This document shows, in pieces, positions 38,660 to 51,537 of a DNA stretch of 64,000 nt. Location: contig OZ024743.1 in NCBI GenBank assembly GCA_964016885.1, forward strand, positions 367,536,001-367,600,000. Reading direction: 5' to 3'. The notes beneath the pieces were generated by a model, which searched no databases, was not told where the DNA came from, and saw nothing but the letters and a program-made list of their open reading frames with translations. How positions within the stretch are numbered: position 1 is the stretch's first letter; every line of letters starts with the position of its first letter. The position numbers and the translations under genes are program-made. This DNA is from Eledone cirrhosa (Eukaryota).

Positions 38660-40617
38660 CGCAAATTCCTGAAAGATAACCTACTGAAGCAGACAACTGA
38701 GATCTGTGGTTGCAGCAGATCTCTAGGGAGAAGGAGAGTGAGTTGGTGGTGGAACAGTAGGGTGGAGGAGATAGTTAAGGCTAAAATACAGACACGGAAA
38801 GAATGGTGGGATGGAGGAAGTAGAGAGAACTACCAGGAGACAAGGAGAGAAGCTAGGTGACAAGTGTACTTTACAAGAAGGGAAGCAGAAGATAAAAAAT
38901 TTAAGCATATTCTGCAATGCAAGGACCAAAGGCATGATGTGTTTAGGATTGTGAGGCAATGTGTCAGGGAAAATTGTGATGTTATTGGGGAGAAGTGTGT
39001 CCATGAAGCTAATGGAGTACTTGCCCTCACTGAAGCTGAAAAGAAGGTAGAATAGTCAACAAGGTTAGAATTAACAATGACTATAGTGAAGAATTTTGGT
39101 TGCAGCTAGGTGTTCATCAGGGCTACGTCCTTATTTTCTCTTTTGTTTATTATTGCCCTATAGGCTATAGCAGAAGAGTTTAAGACTGGCTGCCCATGGG
39201 AATTTCTGTATGCAGATGATGTAACCCTCATAGCTAAATCTATGGAAGAATTAGAGAAGAAATTCCAAACCTGGAAACATGGCTTAGAATCAAAAGGTCT
39301 TAATGTTAACTTGTCAAAGTCCTAGTATGTAGAAAGGAAAATAGGGCCCAAATACCCTCAGGGAGATGACATTTTTCAGTGTGCAGGAAAGGAATAGGTA
39401 GAAATTCCATTCTATGTTCCAAATGCAAGCTATGGGTATATAAAAGATGTAGTGGGATACCAGGCAGTCTATCAAACAATGTAGGTTTTATATGTGACCA
39501 ATGCACAGGTGCAGTAAGTAGCAAGTGCCCACAGGATACTAGCTCCTTCAAATGCCCAGACAGATCTGTAGAAATAGCTGGCAGTTTCCATTACTTGGGT
39601 GACAAAATCAGTAGTAGATGAGTGTGTTCTGAAAGTACAGTAGCCACAGTAAGAACAAGATGGAAAAAGTTCAGGGAGCTACCACCACTGCTAGCTACAA
39701 AAGTTTTTTCCATTAAAATGAAGGGCAGATTGTATGATGCATGTATATGAATAGCAATGTTACATGGCAGTGAGACCTGGGCACAGTGTGTAGAGGACTT
39801 GTGAAGATTGGAAAGAAATGAAGTTTGCATGCTCCAATGGATGTGTAATAGTAATATACATGAATAGAAAAGCATAAATGAATTGAGAGAAAAATTGGGC
39901 ATAAGAGGGATCAGATGCAGTATGCTAGAGAGCAGATTGCATTGGTATGGTCATGTAATGCACATGAAAGATGATAGCTGTATACAAATGTGCAGGGTGA
40001 TCAAAGTTGATGGAGGCTATGGAGTAGGAAGACCCAGGAAAGCCTGGGATGAAGTGATAAAAACTGACCTTGCACAATTGCACCTTTCAAAGACAATGAC
40101 ACAGGATCAAGATCTTTGGCGTTATGCAATAATGCAGAAGACCCTCCTTCTCATGCACATGGAATCAAACATTCACCTAGCAGGCACCTCGTAACCCCTA
40201 TACCACCTTCCATACATCGCCCACACTCCAAAACCAACCCACTTCTGTTCACACCAACCTTACACTTTAAAGTTGGTGTGTTGTTTTCACAATAAAAAGC
40301 ATCCAGCCCACACTGTAAAGAGGTCGTGTAGGTATTACAACAAAAAGTTCCCAGCCCACACTGTAAAGTGGTTGTGTAGGTGTCACAACAAAAAGCACCC
40401 TGGCCACACTGTAAAGTGGTTGTGTAGGAGTCACAACAAAAGCAATTAGTACACACTATAAATGTGGTTGGTGTTAGGAAGGGCATCCTGTCATAGAAAC
40501 CAAGCCAGAAACAGTTCTCTATGAGCAAGACACAGTCACCTGACCTAACTTGCCTGCAACGAGACAACCTGTCTAACCCATGCTAGCATTAGCATGAAAA
40601 ATAGACGTTAAACAACA

Positions 40618-40652
<35 letters not shown>

Positions 40653-40655
40653 AAT
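38660..40655 (+). mobile_element. Decayed, internally deleted RTE-X LINE
   Basis: [32 protein letters not shown] and RLHWYGHVM, then a 3' UTR with 48-bp repeats and a (GAT)n tail. Confidence 0.88.
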
Positions 40656-41139
40656 GAAGAGCAGTTCTTGTAGTTAGCTTGCTGAGATATGTGGGTGAGT
40701 CGACATGGCTTTAGTTGTAATGATATTGTATCACCTTTAATGTCATCTATATTGTTTTTGCATCAGTATATGCCCTATAGCCTAAAGCCTTCTCTCAATG
40801 AGTGTTAGTGTGTGTGTTAAGCTGTTGTTATTGAGTTAGTGAAGTTGATTAATGTGCTTTGTGTTGTTTTTTTTTTAATCAAGAAAATCTACATTTCTAT
40901 TCTGTTTCATTATTATTTGAGTTGCATTTCTGGTATCTATGCATGGATTCGTGATTTTATGTATGTTATGTTTTATGTGTCATATTGGAGTATAATTTGA
41001 GAAGTGTCATGTCCTATGTTGTGGTTTCAGCATTTTGTTTTTAAACTTAGAATATAAAAGACTATACTACAAAAACAATGTGTTTTCTATTGTACTGAAA
41101 TTACAAATTTGCCACTTTTGAATAATAATGATAATAGCT

Positions 41140-41340
41140 ATTATTTCTAACTTAGGCTCAAACCTACACAGTTGTGAAAATGGGTATTGTCAATTAAAGT
41201 GGCCTTATTACTTGATTATTACTTTATTTTATTGACCCCACATTGACAAAAGGCAAAGTCATCCTTAGTAAGATTTGAACTCAGAACATAAAGGGACTAA
41301 ATTTTGCAAAGCATTTTTCAACCCTACATCAATTCTGCCA
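41140..41340 (-). mobile_element. Diverged Meta-like SINE
   Basis: Degenerate gagttcaaatc..gactttgccttttgtc..ggggtcaataaaataaagta. Confidence 0.6.
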
Positions 41341-42414
41341 ATTATTATCCTCATTTTACATCACATAAGAAACACAAATACTACCCAACAAAATAACACA
41401 ACTTATATTACATACACTCAGTGCAATAGGTAAATCACTGAAATAACACGAAAAACAAAACAAATCCCATAGCAAAGTAAAACTGTTGTAGTATACAAAG
41501 ATAATTCTATATGCCACAAAGACAATACTGCACCATCTTAAAGAACATAGAAGAGCAATTAGTGGTGTAGTAGAAACTTGCACAAATGTGTCGAAAACAT
41601 GGTGATAATAATAAAAATAATAATTCATAGTATTTTTTCTTTGAACATATAACTAAATCTATACTACTAGATGATTATCTTTACATATCTATAGATATAA
41701 AAATAGTCTGACCAACAGAATATGCATGATTCTGATTGCACTGTAGCTGAAAAAGGCATTAATAAGTTAAAATTGTGATCCTCTAGTTGTCAAATGCACA
41801 TGTTCACTTTCGAGGCTATAAAACATGAATTACTTTTAACCTATTCTAATATAGAATTAATCTACACAGGAGAATAAAACCTTACAGTACTGCAACTGAT
41901 TGGGATACAACCAACTCAAAGATATGGTACTTCTACTGCCAGACACACCCATGTATCAAAATCAAATTGATTTTCGAGAAAACACATAATAGTGTAATGT
42001 ACATGATGTTGATTTTACACCAAATGCACTTTTAAGTTCAAAGGTAACTTAGGAATATGCTTTGCTTTGTTTAGGATGAGTGAATATTTTCAATGTATTT
42101 TACATAGCAATTATGATAAATCTGATAAACACTTCACTTTCAATACATCATAATACTAAAGAAAAGTCAGAACATGAAAGATACACAGTTCTGATATTCC
42201 GTCGTCCATAACATAAGTTGATAATATATATACACTTGGATGCAGCATTGCCGAATGGGTCCAATCCCATTGTTGGGTATCTTGAATATGTGTAATTTAC
42301 CATAGGCACTGATCAACCCATGCCTTAAGAGTAAAATTGGAGACAGAGAAACTGTTTGGAAGTTTGTCGGATGAACTGTATCTGTAATTCAAATGGCACA
42401 CATTGTGTCACACT

Positions 42415-42882
42415 GCATCATCATCATCACCATTTTACGTCCATTCTTTCATGCTAGCATGGGTTGGACAGGTTGTCCTGTTGTGGGCAATGCCAGGTCA
42501 GGTTACCATATCTTATTCATACGGGAACTGATTTTTGCTTGTTTTCTACAGCTGGATGCCCTTCCTAACACCAACCTCATTTACAGTGAGTGCTGGGTGT
42601 TTTTTATCGTGGCGCCTACACGACCACTTTACAGTGTGGACTGGGTGCTTTTTGTCGTGACACCTACATGACCACTTTACAGTGGGAGGGGGGTGGGGGC
42701 ATATGTCTATATGCTTCAGCTTGTACCCGTGGGAGGGGGTGGGGGCATATGTCTATATGCTTCAGCTTGTACCCGTGGGAAGTCGGGTCTTCTGTATTAC
42801 TGCACAACGCCAGAGGTCTTGGTCCTGTGTCAGAGCCTTTGAGAGGTGCAATTGGGCAAGGTTAGCTTTTATCACCTCATGA
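42415..42882 (-). mobile_element. RTE-X LINE 3' end
   Basis: EVIKANLAQLHLSKALTQDQDLWR, 3' UTR and (TGA)n tail. Includes a short internal tandem duplication near 42684-42780. Confidence 0.85.
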
Positions 42883-42989
42883 ATAAATACAATATATATA
42901 TATAGACAAATATAGATATATCCGTCTACTTCTCTTCCATCAACAAATCTGCATCTTTTTTTCTTTCTTTTGTATGAGACAGCAATCAC

Positions 42990-43425
42990 ATGACATCCCC
43001 CAAGCACTGCAACCAACTCATGGTAGTAGGATTCGGGTGCATAAGGTACCCAATTGATATGTATTCTGCAGTCTGCTCTGGTGAACCACACTAACAAGCT
43101 GGTGATGGCTGCAGCCCCCAGTAATGCACAGTTGCATTGAATCGGCTGACACCTGTGCATAGACAATTCAGGGATACCCACTCCCTTTGAGAGAGGTTAG
43201 TGCCTGGTGGTAGGGTTGAGATTGACATTCAATTCGGCTGGTTGTGATATCTATTGGCAGCCAGCTCTCCATGTCTGAAACATGTTGAAATTTGAGTATC
43301 ACAGCTTTGTGAGATAAAGGGTCATATGACATCAAGTGATATTGCTCTAGTAGCTGAGTATCTTCAGCCATGTCATGGAGCAGATGACTTAGGTCTATTG
43401 AGACCTTGGTTATCAACCTGTGTGT
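42990..43425 (-). mobile_element. LINE C-terminal fragment (Vingi/Ingi-like CCHC region)
   Basis: Minus translation PPGTNLSQREWVSLNCLCTGVSRFNATVHYWGLQPSPAC*CGSPEQTAEYI. Clade assignment is from memory. Confidence 0.6.
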
Positions 43426-43534
43426 GTGATATTCTCTCTACAAAGGGGTGCAGAGCAGAGGTAGATATTCAGTTGGTGTAGGATGGAAACATTCAGTACC
43501 ACCTACCTTCACTCTTATCTACCACTATTATTCT

Positions 43535-43712
43535 ATTGGCAGTATTGGTAGAGTGTCGGACACCATGCTTTCCAGCATAGAGTTACGGCCCTTGCCAGTT
43601 CAAATCCCGCCGAGGTTAACTTTGCCTTTCATCCTTACGGGGCCGATAAAATAAAGTACCAGTAATACACTGGGTAATTGCTGGCCTTGTGCCTAATGTA
43701 GAAACAATTATT
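43535..43712 (+). mobile_element. Meta-like tRNA SINE
   Basis: Matches 55167-55356. Confidence 0.8.
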
Positions 43713-45208
43713 CTTTCTTCCTCATATGATTTTTCACTGACATCACTTACCATAGCCTATCTCTCCTGCTAAGCATCACTCACTTTTTCAGATCATCACC
43801 TATCTTTATTACTCTCTCTCATTATACTTGTCAAACTATTTTTCTATTCAATCCCCTTACCAACAACCGGCATGTAGTTGTTACTGTCTCGCTTTCATTA
43901 ATCCTCTCCCTACCATCCTCTGATACTTATTATTCTGTTTCTCCCATGATGAACATTCTCATATCCTCTATTTTTCCATATACTTGATTATCAATCTCTC
44001 TTCTAGTGGTAAAATTCGCCGTAAAAGAATGGAGACAACAGAGAAGAAAGGCTTCACTAGTCTTGTAGGAGATAAGGCAACCTCTCTATTGCTGCTGTGA
44101 TGACAATATACACACAGGAAACACTGTAAAGAAGTTGGTGCTAGGAAAATAATCTAGCTACACAAACTAAACCGAAAATGGAACATTCAAGCAAGATCTG
44201 GTTGCCTGACCTGTCAAGGAGGGCAATAACTCCAAAGAATTGGCACAGTCAGTGAACACTCATTCATGCAAGCATAGAGAAATAGATATAAAAATAATTA
44301 TGATGATATTGATGTCATTATGTATAATTGTCATAAAGAGTAATAACACTGTTTATCACTTGAATAAAACATTTGATAATATACCATTGTTTATAATTAC
44401 AAAAAATGTTTTAATATATTTTTCATTCAAGTGATAAAAAGTGTTTTATTACTCCTGACAATTATACTTATTAATATATTATTCTTTACACGACCAAAGA
44501 TATTCAAAACTATATATATGTGAATGTGTTTAGGGGGTTTATTATGACATAATATAAATGGATGGTTAAATATTTCTTCATGGATTATTATTATAGTATA
44601 AAAACATTAATTATCATCATCATCATCATCATCATAAAGTGATGGTGATGATGTTGATGATGATGATGATCGTTAATGTTTTTATAATATGATAATAATC
44701 CAGAAAAAACATGTAACCAAAGGCTTTATATAACTATCAGATGTAGCAGAACTAGAGAACTAGATATGGTAATTTGTTTAATTTTAGTGCTTACAGTTGT
44801 AGTTATTTCAATTTTATATTAAATTGTGCAGTTAGCAGCTGAAATATATTTTAAATTCATATATGTACAAACAGAACAAGCTTTTAACTGAAGCTGCAAG
44901 AAATGTGTATGTAAACATACATTTAAAAATATATTTATGCATGCAAACATATCTTATTTATATAATTCTCTGTAAATTGAAATAGTTGAACAGCTTGACT
45001 AGCGTTTCAATCTTTGTTAAAATTACAAAATGATTGTGAAGGATGTAAACAGTTTCTAAAGATTTAAATTCCAGTCAAGCTCTTAATAATTTTTCAGAGA
45101 AATACAGAGATAAGACATGTATATATGTTTAAATATATAACAAAATGTGTTTATATACATATTTCTTGCAGCTTCAGTTAAAAACCTGTACTGTTTGTAC
45201 GGATAAGA

Positions 45209-45246
<38 letters not shown>

Positions 45247-45372
45247 CTCTATATCTTTCTCTTTTTCCTTTTCTCTTTTTTCTCTTTTTCTCTCTATCTC
45301 TCTTTCTTTTTTCTCTTTCTATCTTTATTAATGATGTTGTAATTTGAATTTGTGAAAACTGAACATATTTTA

Positions 45373-45486
45373 ACAGTTTCTCTGATGATCTGGGTAAACT
45401 AACAACATATTTAAAATTGAGTGGCACAGCTTCAAGTGTTCAGCAATTTTTAGACAACTTAATCAGTGAAACAATTGTTAGACTGT
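45373..45486 (+). ncRNA. Hammerhead ribozyme with long stem II (pLTR family shared with 28364, 51214, 61312)
   Basis: ACAGTTTCT CTGATGA T-CTGG..TCAG-T GAAA CAATTG TT AGACTGT, then AATAAA. Confidence 0.72.
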
Positions 45487-45682
45487 AAATAAAACCCTTT
45501 TTTGTACTGCTGACCATGTTATTCTTTACTCTTTCAATATATATAGATATATAGATAGATATAGACATACATAAACATCAAAAAAAGCATTCTGACCATA
45601 GTAAAAAAGCCTCAAAATGTCTTTTCCAACCAATATGAACATGAAAAACAAAAGGACATAAAAACAATGCTGATGATGAAAA

Positions 45683-47372
45683 TCATCATCATCATTTTAC
45701 GTCCGCTTTTCCCTGCTTGCAAGGGTGGGATGGGTCCTATTCAACACAGCATCTCTCTATTTGTCACGGTCCTTTGTCATCTCCTCCGTGAACTTCAGTG
45801 ATCTGAGGTCTGCTCTCACCACCTCCGCCAATGTTTTCCGTGGTCTTCCTCTACTGCGTCTTCCTTCTACTGGGATTTCTTGGCACTTCTTTACCCAGCG
45901 GTCATCCTCCATGTGCATCACATGTCCATACCATCTCAGCCTTCTCTCCTGCACACCACAACACATCCCTCTTATATCCAGTTTCTCTCTCAACTCATCT
46001 ATGCTTGGTCATTCACACACATTGACATTGCACATTCAACGGAGCATGCTTGCTTCATTTCTCTCCAGCTGTCGCATATCCTCCGCAGTTGCTGTTCATG
46101 TCTCACTACCATGCAGCATCGCGCATCTCACACAGGCATCATATAACCAGCCTTTCATTCGTAGGGAGAAACACTTCTTTGTCAACAGAGGAAGCAGCTC
46201 CCTAAACTTCTAACCTGTCCTTATTCTAGGTACTATGGCCTCGGAGCACCCTCCTCCCTTAATCTGATCACCTAGGTATCGGAAGCTATCAACCACCTCT
46301 ATAGATCCTACTTGCATTTGAAAAATGTGTCTGTATATGTAGTTTTCCCTACCTGTTAGTTTGCCTGCTATCCCACTACATCTCTTGTGTACCCAAGATC
46401 TGCATTGTGTACATTCTATAGAATATATGCTAACTCCTTTTCTACATATTGAACATGGCCATTTTCCTGATGGAATCAGAGTTTTGTCTTCTTTTCTACT
46501 TATCAACATTTTAATCTTAGCTAGGTTCACTCTCAGTCCTCTTTATTCCAATTGCTGTTTCCATAGCCAGAATTTATTCTCTAGTTCCTCTACTGATTCT
46601 GCTATAAGTACGAGATCATCAGCATAGAGAAGTTCCCATGGGCAGCCATGAGGACCGAACCCTGATGTACTCCTACCTGTGTCTGGAATTCCTCACTAAA
46701 CTACATTCCTACTCTCACTTTACTGACAGCACTCCTGTACATAGCTTGCACTGTCTGCACAAACCATTCCTCTACACCTTGTTTCCTTAGGGGCCAGCAG
46801 ATGACAGATTGGGGTACTCTATCAAAGGCCTTCTCTAGGTCAACAAAAGCTAAATATAGTGGTTTATTCTTCTCTGAGAACCTCTCTTGTAGTTGTATCA
46901 CTAAGAAGAGGGCATCTGTTGTATTTTTCCCAGGCACAAAACCAAACTGCATCTCATCTAATTTGACCCTTTCTCTAATTCTTTCTGCCACTTTCATAAC
47001 CTGATCCATCAGTTTTATGCCCCTATAATTGCTCCTCTCCAGAGCATCCCCGTTACCTTTGTAGCAATTTATGAGAATACTGCTGCACAAGTCTTTAGTT
47101 ATGACTCCGCTATATATAGCTTGATTGACTATACATGCAACCAGTTTAGTTCCTACTTCTGATGCCTTCAGTATCTTAGCAACTATCCCTGATGGTCTAG
47201 TGACCTTACCACTTTTCATTCATTTCCTTAATTGCCTCTAGTTGTCAATCTCAATATCTGGTCCCTCTGCCGGGTCTACTGGAGGTAGTTTCTCTTTCTT
47301 CCATTCGTTCTCAACGTTCATCAGTCTCTCATAATGACATTTCCAGGACTCCTTTTTTTCTGGGCATCAGTG
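45683..47372 (-). mobile_element. 5'-truncated RTE-X LINE, short-3'UTR subfamily
   Basis: [47 protein letters not shown] and RLRWYGHVM. Tail cccacccttgcaagcagggaaaagcggacgtaaaa(TGA)n. Confidence 0.9.
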
Positions 47373-47402
47373 ACATATATATATATATATATATAGGTGT
47401 AT

Positions 47403-47438
<36 letters not shown>

Positions 47439-48035
47439 GCCGGGTCACTCTTGAGTGCTACAGGTAACATGTAACCCAGTACAACCTGTCGCATGGTCAG
47501 GTCATCGGCGACTAAACCGGCAACCCCACCAAGTTTACTTGGTGAGGAGGGTGATTTTGGACACCCTGCAAGACAAAAAACAAAACCTGACCAAGGGCGG
47601 AAGAACACATAAGAGTCAACGCCGATCCGAAAGTGTGTAAATATGTATATACACATGTACCGTGTGGTTAAACCACTGGGAGTGAAGGACCCCTAGCCTT
47701 TGTCAGGGCATTCTTCTAGGAGAAGGCAACTCAGGAAACTGGGATAACTCCGATATAAAACCTGCGGCTCAGTAGTCACCGATGATGTTGATCTTTACTT
47801 CTTTTCGGGTTATAGCTACTGTCGCTCAGAGAGTGGGATTGGCTCAGTGCACAGTCTTTCCTCACTTTAAAAATATATTCATGCACAGGCATTGCATGAT
47901 AGAATTAATTAATTGTTTCTACTTTTGGCACAAAGCCAGCAATTATCCCAATGTATTACGATAGAATTAATTAATAATTATTAATAATGGTATATCGTGC
48001 AATGGCCATACTCGATAACAACGGGGCAGCCATCA
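47439..48035 (+). mobile_element. RTE-derived non-autonomous element
   Basis: RTE-type 5' UTR motifs joined to a short 3' end ggccatactcga..ggcagccatcat. Homologous to 62097-62706 and 12571-13010. Confidence 0.78.
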
Positions 48036-48203
48036 TATGTATATATATATATATATGTATATATATACATGTAAATATATATATATATACACACACATAG
48101 GACCGTGACAAGTGGAGAGATGCTGTGCTGAATAGGACCCGTCCCACCCTTGCAAGCAGGGAAAAGCGGACGTAAAATGATGATGATGATGATGATGATG
48201 ATG

Positions 48204-48269
<66 letters not shown>

Positions 48270-48375
48270 GTATATATATATGTATGTATATACATATACA
48301 TGTATATATATATATATGTATGTATATACATATACATGTATATATATATGTATATACATATACATGTATATACAT

Positions 48376-48414
<39 letters not shown>

Positions 48415-48421
<7 letters not shown>

Positions 48422-51003
48422 TCTAAGCATATTACTTGATGCTTTCGACAGTAAGGAAGAGCATCTAGAATCGGACAATATAGAGGGACAGTGGGAATTT
48501 CTGAAAGCAAACCTGCTGTTGGCGACAGACGAAGTCTGTGGCTGGAGCAGGCCTGTAGGCAGGAGGAGAGTAACATGGTGGTGGAACAGTAGGGTGGAGG
48601 GGTCAATTAAGGCCAAAAAGCAGGCTTGGAAAGTATGGCGGGATGGGGGAAGTAGAGTAGACTATCAAGTGGCCAGGAGGGAAGCTAGGAGAGAAGTGTA
48701 CTTAGCAAGAAGGGAAGCTGAGGAAAGAAAGTTCAAGCATTTTCTACAACGCGATGACCAAAAACGTGAGGTGTTCAGGATTGCCAGGCAATGCGTCAAG
48801 GAAAACCGTGATATTGTCGGGGAGAAGTGTGTACTTAACGATGATGGCATACTTGCCATCACCGACACTGATAAGAAGGTAGCTTGGAAGTGTCACTATG
48901 AAAGGCTACTAAATGAGGAGAATAAATGGGAGAAAGACATTCTCCCCCATATCGACCCGATAGAGGGACCAGCAGTGTTAGTCGAGGGGAGTATAATAAG
49001 TAAGGCAATCAAGGATATGAAGACTGGTAAGGCGGCTGGGCCTTCGGAAATAGTTGCTGAGATGCTGAAGGCATCTGGCACGGCGGGACACACCATGGTC
49101 ACCCGCATAGTTAACCAAGTCGTACAGAATGGGGTTGTTCCGAAGGACTGGCATAGCAGCATCATCGTTAACTGTTATAAGGGTAAAGGAGACGCCCTAG
49201 ATAGGAGTAACTATAGAGGCATTAAATTAATCGACCAGGTCATGAAGGTCACGGAAAAAGTAATAGTGCAACTAATCAGAGAGAGAATCGATCTAGATGA
49301 AATGCAGTTCGGGTTTGTGTCAGGCAAAAGCACCACAGACGCTCTTTTCATAGTACGACAACTACAGGAGAAGTACCTAGCTAAAGGTAAACCCCTCTAC
49401 TTAGCTTTTGTCGACCTGGAGAAAGCCTTCGACAGAGTCCCCCGCTCCATTATCTGGTGGGCTCTTAGAAAACTAGGCGTTGACGAATGGCTTGTGAGGG
49501 CTATACAAGCCATGTATAAAGAAACAGTCAGCAAGGTTAGAATTAACAACGAATATAGTGAAGAGTTTAGCGTAAAAGTTGGCGTCCATCAGGGCTCTGT
49601 TCTCAGCCCCCTACTATTTATTATTGCCCTTCAGGCTATAACAGAGGAGTTCAAGACAGGCTGCCCATGGGAACTCCTATACGCAGACGACCTGACACTC
49701 ATAGCGGAATCAATGGCCGAGCTAGAGAAGAAATTCCAAACATGGAAGCACGGCCTAGAGTCAAAAGGACTTAAAATTAACCTGGCTAAGACCAAAGTTC
49801 TAGTTTGTAGGAAAGAAAACAAGGCGGCGGTCCCTTCTGGGAAATGGTCGTGCTCGGTATGTAGGAAAGGCGTAGGTAGAAACTCCATCTTATGTCCTAA
49901 ATGCAAAGTATGGGTGCATAAAAGATGTAGTGGGATCACAGGTAAGCTAACTAAGAACATAGACTTTACATGTGGCCGGTGTTCTGGTGCAATAAGTAGC
50001 AGCAAGTGCCCACAAGATACTAGCTCTTTCAATTGCGCAGAGGGTTCTATAGAAATAGTGGACAGCTTCCGTTACCTGGGCGATAAAATCAGCAGTGGGG
50101 GAGGGTGCTCTGAAAGTACAGTAGCTAGAGTCAGAACTGGTTGGAAAAAGTTCAGAGAGCTTATACCACTATTAGCTGCTAAAGGGTTCTCCCTAAAAAT
50201 GAAAGGCAGGTTGTACGATGCCTGCATACGAACAGCAATGTTGCATGGTAGTGAGACCTGGGCATTGTGTGCAGAGGATATACGCAGACTAGAGAGGAAC
50301 GAAGCTTGCATGCTCCGCTGGATGTGTAACAGTAATATACGTGAACGGCAAAGCATAAACGAACTAAGGAAAAAATTAGAGATAAGAGGGGTCAGATGTT
50401 GTTTACTCGAGAGAAGGCTGCGTTGGTATGGACACGTGATGCGCATGAAAGTCGATAGCTGTATTACAAAGTGCAGGGCAATAAAGATAGACGGTAGCCA
50501 CGGAATAGGCAGACCTAGAAAAACATGGGATGAGCTGATAAACTCCGACCTCACACACTTACACCTCTCCAAGACAATGTCACTGGACCGTGACCTTTGG
50601 CGGTACTCAGTAACAGAGAAGACCCGCCTTGCCAGTAGGCATCTCTAACAAACTACACCCCGTCCCGCCACCACCCCCACCCCATCCACACCACCCCGTT
50701 CTATGTAAAGTTATGTTGGTGCCGCGCCATCCAGGCCGAAACAAATGAGATCGTGTAGGTGTCACGACAAAAAAAACACACAGTCCACGCTGTAATGTGG
50801 CCGTGTAGACAACACGGTAAAAACCTCCCAGACCCACACTGTAAATGTGGTTGGTGTTAGGAAGGGCATCCAACTGTAGAAAACCTGCCAGACAGTCCTA
50901 TGCGAGCAAGACAATCACTCTTGCCTCAAGTGGGACTACCCCCGTCCAAACCCATGCAAGCGTGGAACACGGACGTTAAACGTTGATGATGATGATGATG
51001 ATG
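48415..51003 (+). mobile_element. Young 5'-truncated RTE-X LINE with an intact RT ORF to 50648
   Basis: About 740 uninterrupted codons after the (TA)n tract: [47 protein letters not shown], a PHD-like finger and RLRWYGHV. 3' UTR with (GAT)n tail. No APE domain. Confidence 0.95.
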
Positions 51004-51004
51004 A

Positions 51005-51054
<50 letters not shown>

Positions 51055-51213
51055 AATATATATATATATACATATATGTAGAGGTTATATTTAATTTGTT
51101 GGGATACAACAAGCAAAATATAATGTATATATATGTATATATTTGTGTATATATATATATATAGTGAAAGAGTGAAGAATAACATGGTCAACAGTACAAA
51201 AAGGGTTTTATTT

Positions 51214-51328
51214 ACAGTATTAACAATTGTTTCATTGATTAAGTTGTCTAAAAATTGCTAATCACTTGAAGTTGTCTCACTCAATTTTAAATACAATGCA
51301 TGCTTAACCAAATCATCAGAAAAACTGT
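51214..51328 (-). ncRNA. Hammerhead motif with long stem II
   Basis: ACAGTTTTT CTGATGA T-TTGGTTAAG..CTTAATCAA-T GAAA CAATTG TT AATACTGT. Confidence 0.7.
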
Positions 51329-51379
51329 TTAAAATTATACACAGCATTACTAGGGAAATTCAAATTACAACATCAGTAA

Positions 51380-51537
51380 TAAAGAAAAAAAAAGAAAAAA
51401 AGAAAAAGAAAAAAGAAAAAGATAGAGAAAAAGAAAGAAGAAAAAAGAAAAAGAAAAAGAAAAAGAAAAAGAAAAAGAAAAAGAAAAAGAAAAAGAAAAA
51501 GAAAAAGAAAAAGAAAAAGAAAAAGAAAAAGAAAAAA
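51380..51537. repeat. (GAAAAA)n microsatellite
   Basis: Directly visible. Confidence 0.95.

Larger units (their letters stand above)
35000..41010 (-). mobile_element. Highly decayed APE-RT LINE (Jockey/I-group-like), interrupted by Helitron and RTE-X insertions
   Basis: Minus-strand remnants: Q.RFRPLHS..AIDISK RT-like segment near 35850-35970, FINFK..W..IPQGNIKKFNP post-APE segment at 37950-38190, possible APE remnant at 40700-41010. Confidence 0.5.

Noticed and set aside
40262-40470. CRISPR-like regular repeats
   Set aside because: Pure 48-bp tandem units without unique spacers, inside a LINE 3' UTR in animal DNA, with no cas genes.
48150-48414. N-terminus of the 832-aa ORF (poly-M, YI repeats)
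   Set aside because: Translation of a (GAT)n tail and (TA)n microsatellite fused in frame to a 5'-truncated LINE. Not a real start.
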